NCBI GenBank assembly: GCA_965227295.1
Contig: OZ245742.1
Location: 832,001 to 896,000, forward strand
Length of the DNA: 64,000 bases
Source of the DNA: Leptonemataceae bacterium
Lineage (GTDB): Bacteria; Spirochaetota; Leptospiria; Leptospirales; Leptonemataceae
Reading direction: 5' to 3'
Made by a program: the position numbers and the translations under genes. The notes below the pieces were generated by a model. That model worked only from the letters and a program-made list of their open reading frames with translations. It searched no databases and had not been told where the DNA came from. Positions 1 through 8,911 of the stretch are shown piece by piece (within the stretch, counting starts at the first letter, position 1; each line of letters starts with the position of its first letter).

Positions 1-568
1 CGAGGCGAGCCGGGCCTTCGCCGCCGAAGTACGGGTCCTTCGCTTTCTCGCGATCGCCGAAGTAGATGCCCACCGGCGTCGGCGTAAAAGAATCGGCCAC
101 GCCGAAGTCCGCGGCGGTATCCTGCATGAGCTGATCCACTTCCCAGAGCCGCGGGTTTTTCGTAACACCGAGCATGCGTTCCGCGAGTTTGTAGAACGGC
201 ATGAGTTTCTTCTCGCCGCCCATGCCCCGAACCACGGCACTCCGGAAGAACTCCGGCTTCGGAACGTACAATGTATTCGCGTATACCAGGCTGCCGCCGC
301 CGACGCCGGCCCCGCTCAGAATCATGACGTGATTCAAGAGATTGATGCGCTGAATGCCGTACATAAACAGCTTCGGAAACCAGAAGAACTTGAACGCGTT
401 CCAGTTGCTGTTCGGGAAGTCTTTGCCGGTCCAGCGCTTGCCGGACTCGATCACCGCGACACGATAGCCTTTCTGGCTCAGCCGCATGGCACTGACGCTG
501 CCGCCGAAGCCCGAACCGATGACGATGTAATCATAGTCATACTCCGCCTGCTCGTTCTGGTTGCGCAT
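1..568 (-). CDS. GMC/cholesterol-oxidase-family FAD oxidoreductase (runs off window start)
   Basis: Not in the ORF track. Reverse-strand translation from ATG at 568 gives [46 protein letters not shown] (Rossmann GxGxxG) and later [16 protein letters not shown], typical of cholesterol oxidase-like GMC enzymes. Confidence 0.85.
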   Translation of the reverse strand, partial: MRNQNEQAEYDYDYIVIGSGFGGSVSAMRLSQKGYRVAVIESGKRWTGKDFPNSNWNAFKFFWFPKLFMYGIQRINLLNHVMILSGAGVGGGSLVYANTLYVPKPEFFRSAVVRGMGGEKKLMPFYKLAERMLGVTKNPRLWEVDQLMQDTAADFGVADSFTPTPVGIYFGDREKAKDPYFGGEGPARL

Positions 569-650
569 CGGCACACGGGAAAGCGGCGGGCAAACCAGAG
601 CAATAGAAATTTCTCAAGGTGCCCGGGGAAGTGCCGATATATCCGAATAG

Positions 651-1142
651 ATGCAAGTCCGCACGCTCAGTACCAACGACCGCGAATTGCGGCGGCGTAC
701 CGGCAAGTCCGGGACGCGCGAAGGCTCCGCCGCGAGCCGCACATCCGCCACGGCACCGGTACAGAAGAGCCCCTTCGAAGAAATCCTGGACGAGGTCCTG
801 CCGGCGGAACGCGCGGGAGCGCCGAACGATCTCCACTCGCTCTGGAAGAGCCTGCCGGACGCCGAACGCGAGCTCATGGATCATCCGAGCAACGCGAACC
901 TGTATCGATATCGGGATCTCGTCATCGCCATCGCCCGGGAAACCCTGCGGCGCAACGCCCGCGTCAAGAAGCTACGCCGCCGCAATCGCCACGGCGACGT
1001 GATCGAGCTGTCCATCGTAGAATTCGTGGACGAGCGGCTGCAGAAGATGGCGAACCTCATGCACGCCCCCGGAAATTCGGCCTTCCTCATGTTAAAAACG
1101 GTGGAGGAAATCCGCGGCGCCCTGCTCGATGTTCGGGAATGA
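651..1142 (+). CDS. YaaR/DUF327 family protein
   Basis: 163 aa helical protein; PSNANLYRYRDLV and C-terminal VEEIRGALLDV match the YaaR pattern; stop overlaps next ATG (ATGA). Confidence 0.7.
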   Translation: MQVRTLSTNDRELRRRTGKSGTREGSAASRTSATAPVQKSPFEEILDEVLPAERAGAPNDLHSLWKSLPDAERELMDHPSNANLYRYRDLVIAIARETLRRNARVKKLRRRNRHGDVIELSIVEFVDERLQKMANLMHAPGNSAFLMLKTVEEIRGALLDVRE

Positions 1143-1660
1143 TCCCGGAGTTTCATTTTGCCCGCACGTTTCGTCGCCTGCTCACGTTCACGCTCCTGAC
1201 CTGCGTCGTCGCGGGCATTCCATCCGCCGCCGGCTGGGAGCACCTGCCCCGCGGTGACTGGCAGGAAGAAGAAAACGGCGACCTCCGACTGAACATCGGA
1301 GCGAAGAACACACTAACCTTCGGCGGCGAGCACTTTACTAACGCCATCACCGTGAAGGCCGTAGTAACGGCCCAGGTCCGGCGCGAGTACTGGTGCCTCA
1401 TCCAGGAGATAGAGTCCAGAGATCTCAAAAAGAAAGCGGAGCCGAAAAAGAAAGACGCCGTGGACGACGACAAAGCCGGTGAAAAGAAAGAAGCCGGGCA
1501 ACCGCGGACTCCGGAACCGCTGCGTCTGGATTTTCTACAGAAAGGCGAGCGCCTCGTGCTGACCATCGGCTACGACGAGAAAAAGAAAAAAGACGTCCTG
1601 GAGATTCTGGCCTTTCGCGACGGCAAGGTCGCCCGGGAACTTCGTTTTCTGGAGCCTTAG
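1139..1660 (+). CDS. Hypothetical exported protein
   Basis: 3' part of ORF 329..1660 from ATG 1139 (ATGA overlap with upstream stop); signal-peptide-like N-terminus (RRLLTFTLLTCVVAGIPSAA). Confidence 0.6.
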   Translation: MIPEFHFARTFRRLLTFTLLTCVVAGIPSAAGWEHLPRGDWQEEENGDLRLNIGAKNTLTFGGEHFTNAITVKAVVTAQVRREYWCLIQEIESRDLKKKAEPKKKDAVDDDKAGEKKEAGQPRTPEPLRLDFLQKGERLVLTIGYDEKKKKDVLEILAFRDGKVARELRFLEP

Positions 1661-2640
1661 TCCGCTTCCCAGATCGAATTCAAGAAGTAACGCCGGCTAT
1701 CGTAGAGCATGTCCACGATGGCGAACTCGTTTTGCCGCGCGAGGTCTTCCACGTCCTCGGGCAGGTACTTCCAGGAGTACTCCGTGTGGATGGCCTCCCA
1801 CGGTCGAAAATCGAAGCTGCGTTCCAGCGCGTCGATGTCCACTGTCTGCGCCTCGCGGGAAATGAGATAACTCTCCATGGCACCGCTGTGCACGTTGTAA
1901 GTCGCGAAGTGTTTGAAAGCATCCACGTCGAAGTTCCCGCCTAACTCACGATTGATGCGACTCAACAGATTCAGATTAAAACGCTCCGTAACGCCGTGAG
2001 GATCCGAGTAAGCCGGGATCAACACGTCGGTATCCTTGCGTAAGTCAAAGCCGATGATAACCAGGTCGCCGGGGGACAGCATGTCCCGCAGGCTCCGGCA
2101 AAAGCGGTGCGACTGTTCAAACGTAAAGTTGCCGATGCTGGATCCCAGGAACAGCACGACGTTGCGTTTTTTGTCCTCGCGCAGGAAACGCAGGCCGTGG
2201 TTGTACTCGCAGACCAGGCCCGTGGTACGAATGTCCGGGAACCGCCGGATCACGTTGTCCACGAGCTCGATCATGGCGCCCTCGGAGATGTCGATGGGCG
2301 AATACTCGAAGTTGTAGTCGTTTTCGGCGAAGTAGTCGAGCAGGATGTGCGTCTTGCGTCCGTCCCCGGCGCCCAGTTCCACCAGGCGAAACTCTTCATC
2401 ACCCAAAAGCTCGCCGATGTGCGCGCGAGAATTCAGGAGAATTTCACGCTCGCAGTCCGTAGGATAGTACTCTTCGAGATCCATGATCTCCTGAAAGATG
2501 CGACTGCCTTCATCATCGTAGAAGTACCGCGAAGCAATGCGTTTGCTCGGGTTGGAGAGTCCCTCGAGGACGTCCCGGCGGAACGCCTCGTGCATTTCAG
2601 TGGGATTTTGTTGCTCAAGAACGCGGACGTGAGACGACAT
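1657..2640 (-). CDS. egtD: L-histidine N-alpha-methyltransferase (ergothioneine biosynthesis)
   Basis: YFYDDEGSRIF, EYYPTDCE, VELGAGDGRKT, FLGSSIGNF, AYSD..GVT..FNLNLL and IHTEYSWKY motifs. Confidence 0.92.
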   Translation of the reverse strand: MSSHVRVLEQQNPTEMHEAFRRDVLEGLSNPSKRIASRYFYDDEGSRIFQEIMDLEEYYPTDCEREILLNSRAHIGELLGDEEFRLVELGAGDGRKTHILLDYFAENDYNFEYSPIDISEGAMIELVDNVIRRFPDIRTTGLVCEYNHGLRFLREDKKRNVVLFLGSSIGNFTFEQSHRFCRSLRDMLSPGDLVIIGFDLRKDTDVLIPAYSDPHGVTERFNLNLLSRINRELGGNFDVDAFKHFATYNVHSGAMESYLISREAQTVDIDALERSFDFRPWEAIHTEYSWKYLPEDVEDLARQNEFAIVDMLYDSRRYFLNSIWEAD

Positions 2641-2828
2641 AGGGGCGAACGTTAAACCGGATGGTTGGCTTTACAAGGGAATTCCGGCGCAGGATCGGCC
2701 GTTAAGCTTTGGATGCAAACAACGCTGCGCGGTTACGATTTTTTTAAGATTGTGTCCGTGCGGCCGGGTAGGTAGATCTGCGTAAACGTCATGTGAATGT
2801 GACGGAGCCGCAGTGTACATGTCTTCGC

Positions 2829-4235
2829 CTAACGTTCGCCATAGACAAACTCGGGCAGCCAGGTCACCAGTTCCGGAAAAAGGACGAGGATCAAGAGCAT
2901 CGCGAGCTGAATGCCGATAAAAGGAATCGCCCCGCGGTAAATCTCCACGGTCTTGATTTCGTCCGGGCACACCCCGCGTAAGTAAAAGAGCGCGAATCCG
3001 AAGGGCGGCGTGAGAAACGACGTCTGCAAGTTCAGGGCGATCACCACGCCGAGCCAGATCGGCGACATGGCCCCGGAGCCGTCGTCGAGCGCCAGCAGCA
3101 CCGGCCCGACAATCGGCACGACCACAAACGTAATCTCGAAGAAATCCAGGAAGAAACCGAGCACGAACATTACGAGCATCACGACGAAGAACGCCGCCCA
3201 CTTGCCGCCCGGCAAATTCTCGAGGAACGTCTCGACCAACAGGTCGCCCTCGAAACCGCGGAACACCAGCGAGAACAAAGACGCTCCGATCAAAATCAAG
3301 AACACCATGCAGTTGATCTTCATGGTATCGACGACGGCGTCACGCAGCACCGTGCCGCCGAGACGACTGCGCAACCGTGCGAGCAAAAGCGCGCCCATGC
3401 AGCCCACGGAAGCCGCCTCCGTCGCCGTGGCGGCCCCGGCAATGATCGAACCCAGCACCCCGAGAATCAGCAGCACCGGCGGGATCAACGCGCCGAGGGC
3501 CCGCTTCGCTAACTCGCTCCGATTGTACTTTAAGCGTTCTTCCACGGGAATCGCCGGCGCGAGGTCCGGTTTCACCGCCGCCGCCACGGCAATGTACACG
3601 ATGTAGAGCGTAACCAGCAAAAGTCCCGGCAGGAGCGCACCGACGAACAGATCGCCGACGCTCACCGAACCGCCGGAGAAATCGCCGAGCTTGAGTCGCG
3701 CCTGCTGGTAGGCCGACGAAATTTGATCGCCCAGGATGATCAAAATGATGCTGGGCGGGATGATCTGCCCCAGTGTACCCGAGGCGCTGACGATGCCCGT
3801 GGCGAAGGACGGCCGGTAGTTGTACTTCAACATGGCCGGCAACGAAATGAGTCCCATGGTAACGACGGTGGCGCCGACAATGCCGGTGGACGCGGCGAGC
3901 AGCGCGCCGACAATGCAAATGGAAATGCCGAGACCGCCGCGCAGACCGCCGAAGATCAGTCCCATGACCTCCAGCAATTCTTCAGCGATCTTCGAACGTT
4001 CGAGCAAAACCCCCATGAACACGAACAACGGAATCGCGATCAACGTTTCGTTCGTCATGATGCCGTAGATGCGACCGGGAAAGGCACCGAAGAGCGTTAG
4101 ATCAAACACGCCGAAGAGCGCGCCGAGCAAAGCGAAAGCGAGCGATACGCCGGCAAGACTGAAGGCCACGGGATAACCGCTGAGCAAAACGCCCACGGTC
4201 ACGGCAAAAAGTAAGATGGCGAATACGACTTCCAT
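2829..4235 (-). CDS. dctM: TRAP transporter large permease
   Basis: Polytopic membrane protein with LIAIPLFVFMG, GTLGQIIPPS, SFLTPPFGFALFYL. Confidence 0.95.
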   Translation of the reverse strand: MEVVFAILLFAVTVGVLLSGYPVAFSLAGVSLAFALLGALFGVFDLTLFGAFPGRIYGIMTNETLIAIPLFVFMGVLLERSKIAEELLEVMGLIFGGLRGGLGISICIVGALLAASTGIVGATVVTMGLISLPAMLKYNYRPSFATGIVSASGTLGQIIPPSIILIILGDQISSAYQQARLKLGDFSGGSVSVGDLFVGALLPGLLLVTLYIVYIAVAAAVKPDLAPAIPVEERLKYNRSELAKRALGALIPPVLLILGVLGSIIAGAATATEAASVGCMGALLLARLRSRLGGTVLRDAVVDTMKINCMVFLILIGASLFSLVFRGFEGDLLVETFLENLPGGKWAAFFVVMLVMFVLGFFLDFFEITFVVVPIVGPVLLALDDGSGAMSPIWLGVVIALNLQTSFLTPPFGFALFYLRGVCPDEIKTVEIYRGAIPFIGIQLAMLLILVLFPELVTWLPEFVYGER

Positions 4236-4254
4236 AACCGTCGTTCAGCGAAAC

Positions 4255-4830
4255 TTAAGAGGCGGCCTCTTCCGCGCTTTTCACCGGTGCCGATACATCC
4301 TGCGGGACGGGCGCTGCGTGCATGGCGAGCCAGGCTCGTAGCGCTACGGCAGTGCCCTGCGCCAACAACGCGAGGGGCAACACGAGAATCATCGTCTTGA
4401 GAACAAACACCGCGGGAATGCCGCCGGCCTCGGGACTGCCTTCGAGGCGCGCCCAGGAATCGAAGACATAGGGCACGCCGAACCACAGCAGCAGCAAACA
4501 TACAGGCAAGAGCAACAGCAATGTTCCGTAGAAGTCCACCCGTGCGCGATTCTCGGGAGACCAATCACGAAAGAACACGTCCACGCGTACATGACCGTGC
4601 ACGAGCAGCGTATAACCGGCGGCGCCCATAAACAGGGCCGCATGCAGATAGACCACGAGTTCCTGCAACCAGATCCAGCCCAGACTGAACACGTAGCGCA
4701 GTACCACGATACCGAACGTCAGCGCGGCCATGGCGACGACCACCCACGCCACGGCATGCCCGATCAACCGTTGCACGCCTTCCAGGGCGGTGATGATTCT
4801 ATGAAACAGAGCGATGCGTTCGGGATTCAT
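4255..4830 (-). CDS. dctQ: TRAP transporter small permease
   Basis: 4 TM segments, VVLRYVF..WLQEL, HVRVDVF; immediately upstream of dctM. Confidence 0.93.
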   Translation of the reverse strand: MNPERIALFHRIITALEGVQRLIGHAVAWVVVAMAALTFGIVVLRYVFSLGWIWLQELVVYLHAALFMGAAGYTLLVHGHVRVDVFFRDWSPENRARVDFYGTLLLLLPVCLLLLWFGVPYVFDSWARLEGSPEAGGIPAVFVLKTMILVLPLALLAQGTAVALRAWLAMHAAPVPQDVSAPVKSAEEAAS

Positions 4831-5807
4831 GAACTCTTTGCTTTCGCCGGCAGGAGGCTCTTCATGAGTCGTAGCGAGCCGTTGACCAACTTGTAGCGCA
4901 GCGATTGCTGGTACTCGTAAAACTTAAGATAGTCTTCGGTCGCCTGTCGCCCCTGACCGATCAACCATTCTTTTTGTTCGTCGGAGATCTCGAAGTCCAC
5001 CGGGGAGATGTCGCCGGTATCGATGAACACCGTGCGCCGGCGATGTTCCGGCTGCATGCTGAGCAGATTCAGTTGCACCTTCTTCACGGTCTCGTAGAGA
5101 TGCTCGGCCCAGCGGCGAAACGTGCCGAACTGCAGATCGCTGACGGCACCCAGGTTGTCGTCTTCATCCAGGGAAAAGCCCAGGGTCTCTTTATTGATGC
5201 TGCCGTCGTCGAAGGCCACGATGGGATAATTCAACAACGCGCCCCCGTCGACGTAGATGTGATCGTCGGGATTGTTGTCGGGGAACTGGAACGATTGAAA
5301 GAACGCGGGGATCGTGAGCGAAGCGGTGACGGCGTCGATCACACGCACGGACGGTGTGCGTCTGCGGCTGAATTCGCGGATCGCGCGGCGGTTTAAGTCC
5401 GTGGCGAAGACCCGCATGTTGCGCGCGCCGGCCTGCCCGATCTCTTCAAACGTTTCGTCGCCGCTCAGTTCGACATCGCCGAAATTCTTGCCGGCCTGCT
5501 TAACATGATTTCGCAGCCACTTACGCAGAGGCCCGGTGGTGTACCAGCCGTAGCGCTCGTGAAACTCCAGCGGCCGGGACTCGGACGTAAAGTTCCTGAA
5601 GTCGGCGTCCAGCATGGCCGCCTCCATCTCATCCACGTTGTAGCGCAGCGACAACATGAGCGATGCGATGGCACCGGCCGAGGTTCCGGCGACGTTTTCG
5701 ATCTGCGCGAGAACGCCCTTCTCTTCGAGCACACGGACGGCGCCGGCATACGCGGTGCCGAGGACACCGCCGCCCTGAAAGACGAGATTCTTAAACGGTA
5801 AACTCAC
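4827..5807 (-). CDS. Patatin-like phospholipase
   Basis: Gly-rich GGGVLG, nucleophile GTSAG, catalytic DGG (YVDGG); stop overlaps dctQ ATG. Confidence 0.92.
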   Translation of the reverse strand: MSLPFKNLVFQGGGVLGTAYAGAVRVLEEKGVLAQIENVAGTSAGAIASLMLSLRYNVDEMEAAMLDADFRNFTSESRPLEFHERYGWYTTGPLRKWLRNHVKQAGKNFGDVELSGDETFEEIGQAGARNMRVFATDLNRRAIREFSRRRTPSVRVIDAVTASLTIPAFFQSFQFPDNNPDDHIYVDGGALLNYPIVAFDDGSINKETLGFSLDEDDNLGAVSDLQFGTFRRWAEHLYETVKKVQLNLLSMQPEHRRRTVFIDTGDISPVDFEISDEQKEWLIGQGRQATEDYLKFYEYQQSLRYKLVNGSLRLMKSLLPAKAKSS

Positions 5808-5822
5808 TCGCCCATCAAAGCC

Positions 5823-6416
5823 TTACTTCAGTGCAACGTCGCTTGCTTTTTCTTCCGGCTCCACTCGAGCGCAGCTCAGCAGACCGGCGCCCTGCGGCGG
5901 ATTGCAGAGCAGAGCCAGGTGCGGCTCCGGATTCACGGCACGACCCTTTACACGATATTCAAAGTGCAGGTGATGGCCGCTGGCGAGGCCGGTCTTACCC
6001 AGACGGGCAATCACCTGGCCGCGCTCGACCCTTTGGCCGCGGCGAACGAGGTTCACCTTGTTGTGCGCGTACACGGTCTTTACGTCGTCCCCGTGGTCGA
6101 TGATGATCATGTTGCCGTAGCCCTGGCGTTCCCATCCGGCAAAGACAATGCGTCCCGGGGCACTGGCGAGGATCGGCGCCCCCGGCCGGGCGACGAGATC
6201 GAGGCCCTTATGCATTTTGCCCCAGCGCCAGCCGTAGCGCGAGGAGATGTGAACGCGTTTCGTCGGCCAGTCGTAATGATCTTCGACTTCACTGTGGAGC
6301 GGCGACGGCTCGTCCCGATTGAGAATAGGATCCAGCTGGGCGCAGTGACCCAGGGTGAGCAGAACGGCGGCAAGGATCGTGAATCGGACCGCCGGGGCGT
6401 GTGTATTGCGGTTCAT
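5823..6416 (-). CDS. M23 family metallopeptidase, probable lipoprotein
   Basis: HKGLD, YAH and HLHFE zinc motifs; hydrophobic leader ending LGHC; start taken at MNRNTH (6416). Confidence 0.9.
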   Translation of the reverse strand: MNRNTHAPAVRFTILAAVLLTLGHCAQLDPILNRDEPSPLHSEVEDHYDWPTKRVHISSRYGWRWGKMHKGLDLVARPGAPILASAPGRIVFAGWERQGYGNMIIIDHGDDVKTVYAHNKVNLVRRGQRVERGQVIARLGKTGLASGHHLHFEYRVKGRAVNPEPHLALLCNPPQGAGLLSCARVEPEEKASDVALK

Positions 6417-6430
6417 GGTTGTTTCCAGAA

Positions 6431-6500
6431 CGCGCCGCAAAAGTGCAAATTTCGATGATGCGGCGCACTATGTTTTCAACCATGCTTTTGTGCGCCGCAC
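6431..6500. promoter_or_regulatory. Cluster of TGCRNYGCA palindromic sites upstream of M23-patatin-dctQM operon
   Basis: TGCGGCGCACTA at 6459-6470, TTGTGCGCCGCAC at 6488-6500 and a degenerate CGCGCCGCAAAA at 6431-6442; the same motif recurs at 36843 and 36884. Confidence 0.4.
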
Positions 6501-6571
6501 AGGGGTCAAGCAGGATTCGGGCGAGGGTGTACGGGTTTGGGGCTAATTTGGGTTGGACACGAGAACACAGG

Positions 6572-6721
6572 ATGCGATGTTTTTGTCAGGAGTCGGGCCA
6601 TGGAAGATGTGAAAGAACGTACTTTCGCATCTTGTACCTTCTGAAGCCCGACGGCAATATCGACATTCTGAGTGTTCTGCATGGCTCCATGGATATGGAG
6701 CGCCACTTCGAACTGGAATAA
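6572..6721 (+). pseudogene. RelE/ParE-family toxin remnant (C-terminal fragment)
   Basis: FRILYLLKPDGNIDILSVLHGSMDM matches the RelE/ParE C-terminal beta-hairpin and HG..D pattern; no N-terminal half and no antitoxin. Confidence 0.6.
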
Positions 6722-6723
6722 TC

Positions 6724-7845
6724 CTACAAACTCAAAGCCCGCGCCAGCGTAAAACCTTCCTCGCCAATGCGCGTCCACTCCACCGCCTGCCCGCGGAACT
6801 TCAGATACGATTCAAAGATCTTCTTCGAAGCTGCGTCTTTCGAGCCGATGCCCGCCGCCACATCCGCGCTGAGTTCGCCCATCTTCTTCAATACGTCGTC
6901 CGGGAATTTCTTAAGTTGCACGCCGTGTTTCTTAACGAGTTCTTCCAGCGCCGTATTGTTCCGGGCGGCGAATTCCGAGAGCATGTCCTGGTAAGCGGCC
7001 TTCGTCGCGACGTCGAGGATCGTCTGCAAATCTTTTGGAAGGGATTCGTAGGTCTTGCGATTGACCAGGAACTCCAGGGCCGTACCCGGTTCGTGCCAGC
7101 CCGGCCAGTAATAGAGCTTCGCCGCCTTGTAAAAGCCGAACGCCAGGTCGTTGTACGGGCCGACCCATTCCGTGGCGTCGATGGCCCCGCTCTGGAGTGA
7201 TTGAAAGATTTCCCCGCCCGGGATGTTCACGACGGTGGCGCCGGCTTCGCTCAGGACTTCGCCGCCGAGACCGGGCATGCGAATCTTCAAACCGCGAAAG
7301 TCGTTCACGCTGCCGATGGGTTTGTTAAACCAGCCGCCCATCTGCACACCGGTATTGCCGCAGGCGAACGGCTTCAGGTTAAAGTCCGCGTAGAGATCGT
7401 CCCAGAGTTTCTGCGCCCCGCCGTAGTTGATCCAGCCGGCCATTTCGCTCGCGTTCAACCCGAACGGAACCGCTGCGAAGAACTGCGCCGCTTCGACCTT
7501 GCCCTTCCAGTAGTAGGCCGCGCCGTGGGCCAGGTCCGCCGTACCGTTGGAGACGGCGTCGAAGGCCTCGAAGGCCGGCACGAGTTCGCCCGCGGCATAG
7601 ACCCGCACCTGGATGCGCCCGCCGGACATGGCTTCAATCAACTCCGCGAGTTTGTTCGCGCCGGTGCCCAGGCCGGGAAAGTTCTTCGGCCAGGTGGTGA
7701 CCATCTTGAACTTGTAGGTTTTGCCCGAGTCGGCCGCGCCGCCCCCGCTACTCTGCGGCCCGCACGATGGGAGGGCCGACGCGCCGGCCAGGCCGGCACC
7801 GAGGCCCAGGGATTTTTTGATAAAACTTTTGCGGCTTTCCTGCAT
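6724..7845 (-). CDS. dctP: TRAP substrate-binding protein (TakP-like), lipoprotein
   Basis: KMVTTWP, AGELVPAFEAFDAVS, GNTGVQMGGWF, LKIRMPGLGG, EWVGPYND, GWHEPG; Tat-like SRKSFIK leader with LPSC lipobox. Confidence 0.93.
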   Translation of the reverse strand: MQESRKSFIKKSLGLGAGLAGASALPSCGPQSSGGGAADSGKTYKFKMVTTWPKNFPGLGTGANKLAELIEAMSGGRIQVRVYAAGELVPAFEAFDAVSNGTADLAHGAAYYWKGKVEAAQFFAAVPFGLNASEMAGWINYGGAQKLWDDLYADFNLKPFACGNTGVQMGGWFNKPIGSVNDFRGLKIRMPGLGGEVLSEAGATVVNIPGGEIFQSLQSGAIDATEWVGPYNDLAFGFYKAAKLYYWPGWHEPGTALEFLVNRKTYESLPKDLQTILDVATKAAYQDMLSEFAARNNTALEELVKKHGVQLKKFPDDVLKKMGELSADVAAGIGSKDAASKKIFESYLKFRGQAVEWTRIGEEGFTLARALSL

Positions 7846-7939
7846 GAACGATCTCCGAGTCGCAGACACGATCAACGAAGCGGGGTAGATTTTCCATCAT
7901 CTTTATTGACCGGCAACTTTCCCGTGAGTTTGTGGCGGC

Positions 7940-8788
7940 ATGACCGTACCGGTCATCGACACCCATTGTCACATCGACATCGTCCGCGATCAGGGCATTC
8001 CTCCGGAGACGGCGCTCGCCGAAGCCGCCGCCGCCGGTGTCGAAGCGTGGATTCAGATCTCCACGGGCCTCACGTCCGCACGGTTCAACCGCGACTTCGC
8101 CGCGCAGCACGCCGGGGCGGAAGCACCGCATCCGCGCATCCTCTGGACCGCCGGCCTGCATCCGGAGTCCGCCGAGGACATTCAGGACCTGGAGGACATC
8201 TTCGCCATGATCCGCGAGCACCGCGACGATGCGGCCTTCGTCGGCGTCGGCGAGACCGGCCTGGACTACTTCCACACGACGGACTTCAAGCAGCAGCAAC
8301 TGGAAAGCCTGGAGCGCCACTTTGCCCTGGCCGAAGAACTGAACCTGCCGATCGTCCTGCACCTGCGCGACGAACGCGTGTACAATCCGGACAACATCAA
8401 GACGGCGGAAGATGCAAGTGCCATCCTGCGCAACTTTCCCAAACTGCGCGGCGTTTTGCACTGCTACACCTACACCGAACGCGAGGCGGAACCGTTCCTG
8501 GCCCAGGGCTGGTTCGTGAGTTACAGCGGCATCCTCACGTTCAAGAACGCAAAGACGATCCAGGCGGGGGCAATCAAAGTACCGCTGGATCGACTCATGG
8601 TGGAAACGGACGCGCCGTTTCTCGCGCCCATTCCGTATCGCGGTCAAACCAACCAGCCGGCCTACGTCGGTCACACGCTGGAATACCTGGCGAACCTGCG
8701 CGCGGAGCACTGCGGGGAGGATCCGTTAACAGTGAAACAGACGATCTTAGAGAACTCGAAACGATTTATAGACATCAAGAATCAATAG
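7940..8788 (+). CDS. tatD: TatD family hydrolase/DNase
   Basis: DTHCH, GLHP, GETGLDY, GVLHCY and ETDAPFLAP motifs. Confidence 0.95.
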   Translation: MTVPVIDTHCHIDIVRDQGIPPETALAEAAAAGVEAWIQISTGLTSARFNRDFAAQHAGAEAPHPRILWTAGLHPESAEDIQDLEDIFAMIREHRDDAAFVGVGETGLDYFHTTDFKQQQLESLERHFALAEELNLPIVLHLRDERVYNPDNIKTAEDASAILRNFPKLRGVLHCYTYTEREAEPFLAQGWFVSYSGILTFKNAKTIQAGAIKVPLDRLMVETDAPFLAPIPYRGQTNQPAYVGHTLEYLANLRAEHCGEDPLTVKQTILENSKRFIDIKNQ

Positions 8789-8898
8789 ACTCCGAGGACC
8801 GAGACACCGAGGATCAAAATCAGAGCGCGTCCTTAGCCTGCATACATTCAGCTACGCAAGCCCTCCCAATCTTCCCTCGGTACCTCGATCCTCGGAGT
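8789..8898. repeat. 110-bp element with 24-bp imperfect terminal inverted repeats (MITE/REP-like or RNA stem)
   Basis: ACTCCGAGGACCGAGACACCGAGG (8789-8812) vs reverse complement of 8875-8898 (ACTCCGAGGATCGAGGTACCGAGG): 21/24 match. Confidence 0.7.
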
Positions 8899-8911
8899 AA
8901 ATAACCTACCC

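Noticed and set aside
329-1138. 5' part of the 443-aa ORF 329..1660
   Set aside because: It overlaps the GMC oxidoreductase and YaaR genes; only the part from ATG 1139 looks real.
4827-5807. Patatin as a CBASS CapV-type defence effector
   Set aside because: No CD-NTase, Cap2/Cap3 or other defence genes nearby; it is coupled to TRAP genes.
7201-8904. 567-aa ORF and other long overlapping or antisense ORFs (e.g. 12018-13088, 23544-24488, 53064-54404, 58818-59900)
   Set aside because: Shadow frames of well-supported genes, expected in GC-rich DNA; Arg/Pro/Gly-rich and without motifs.
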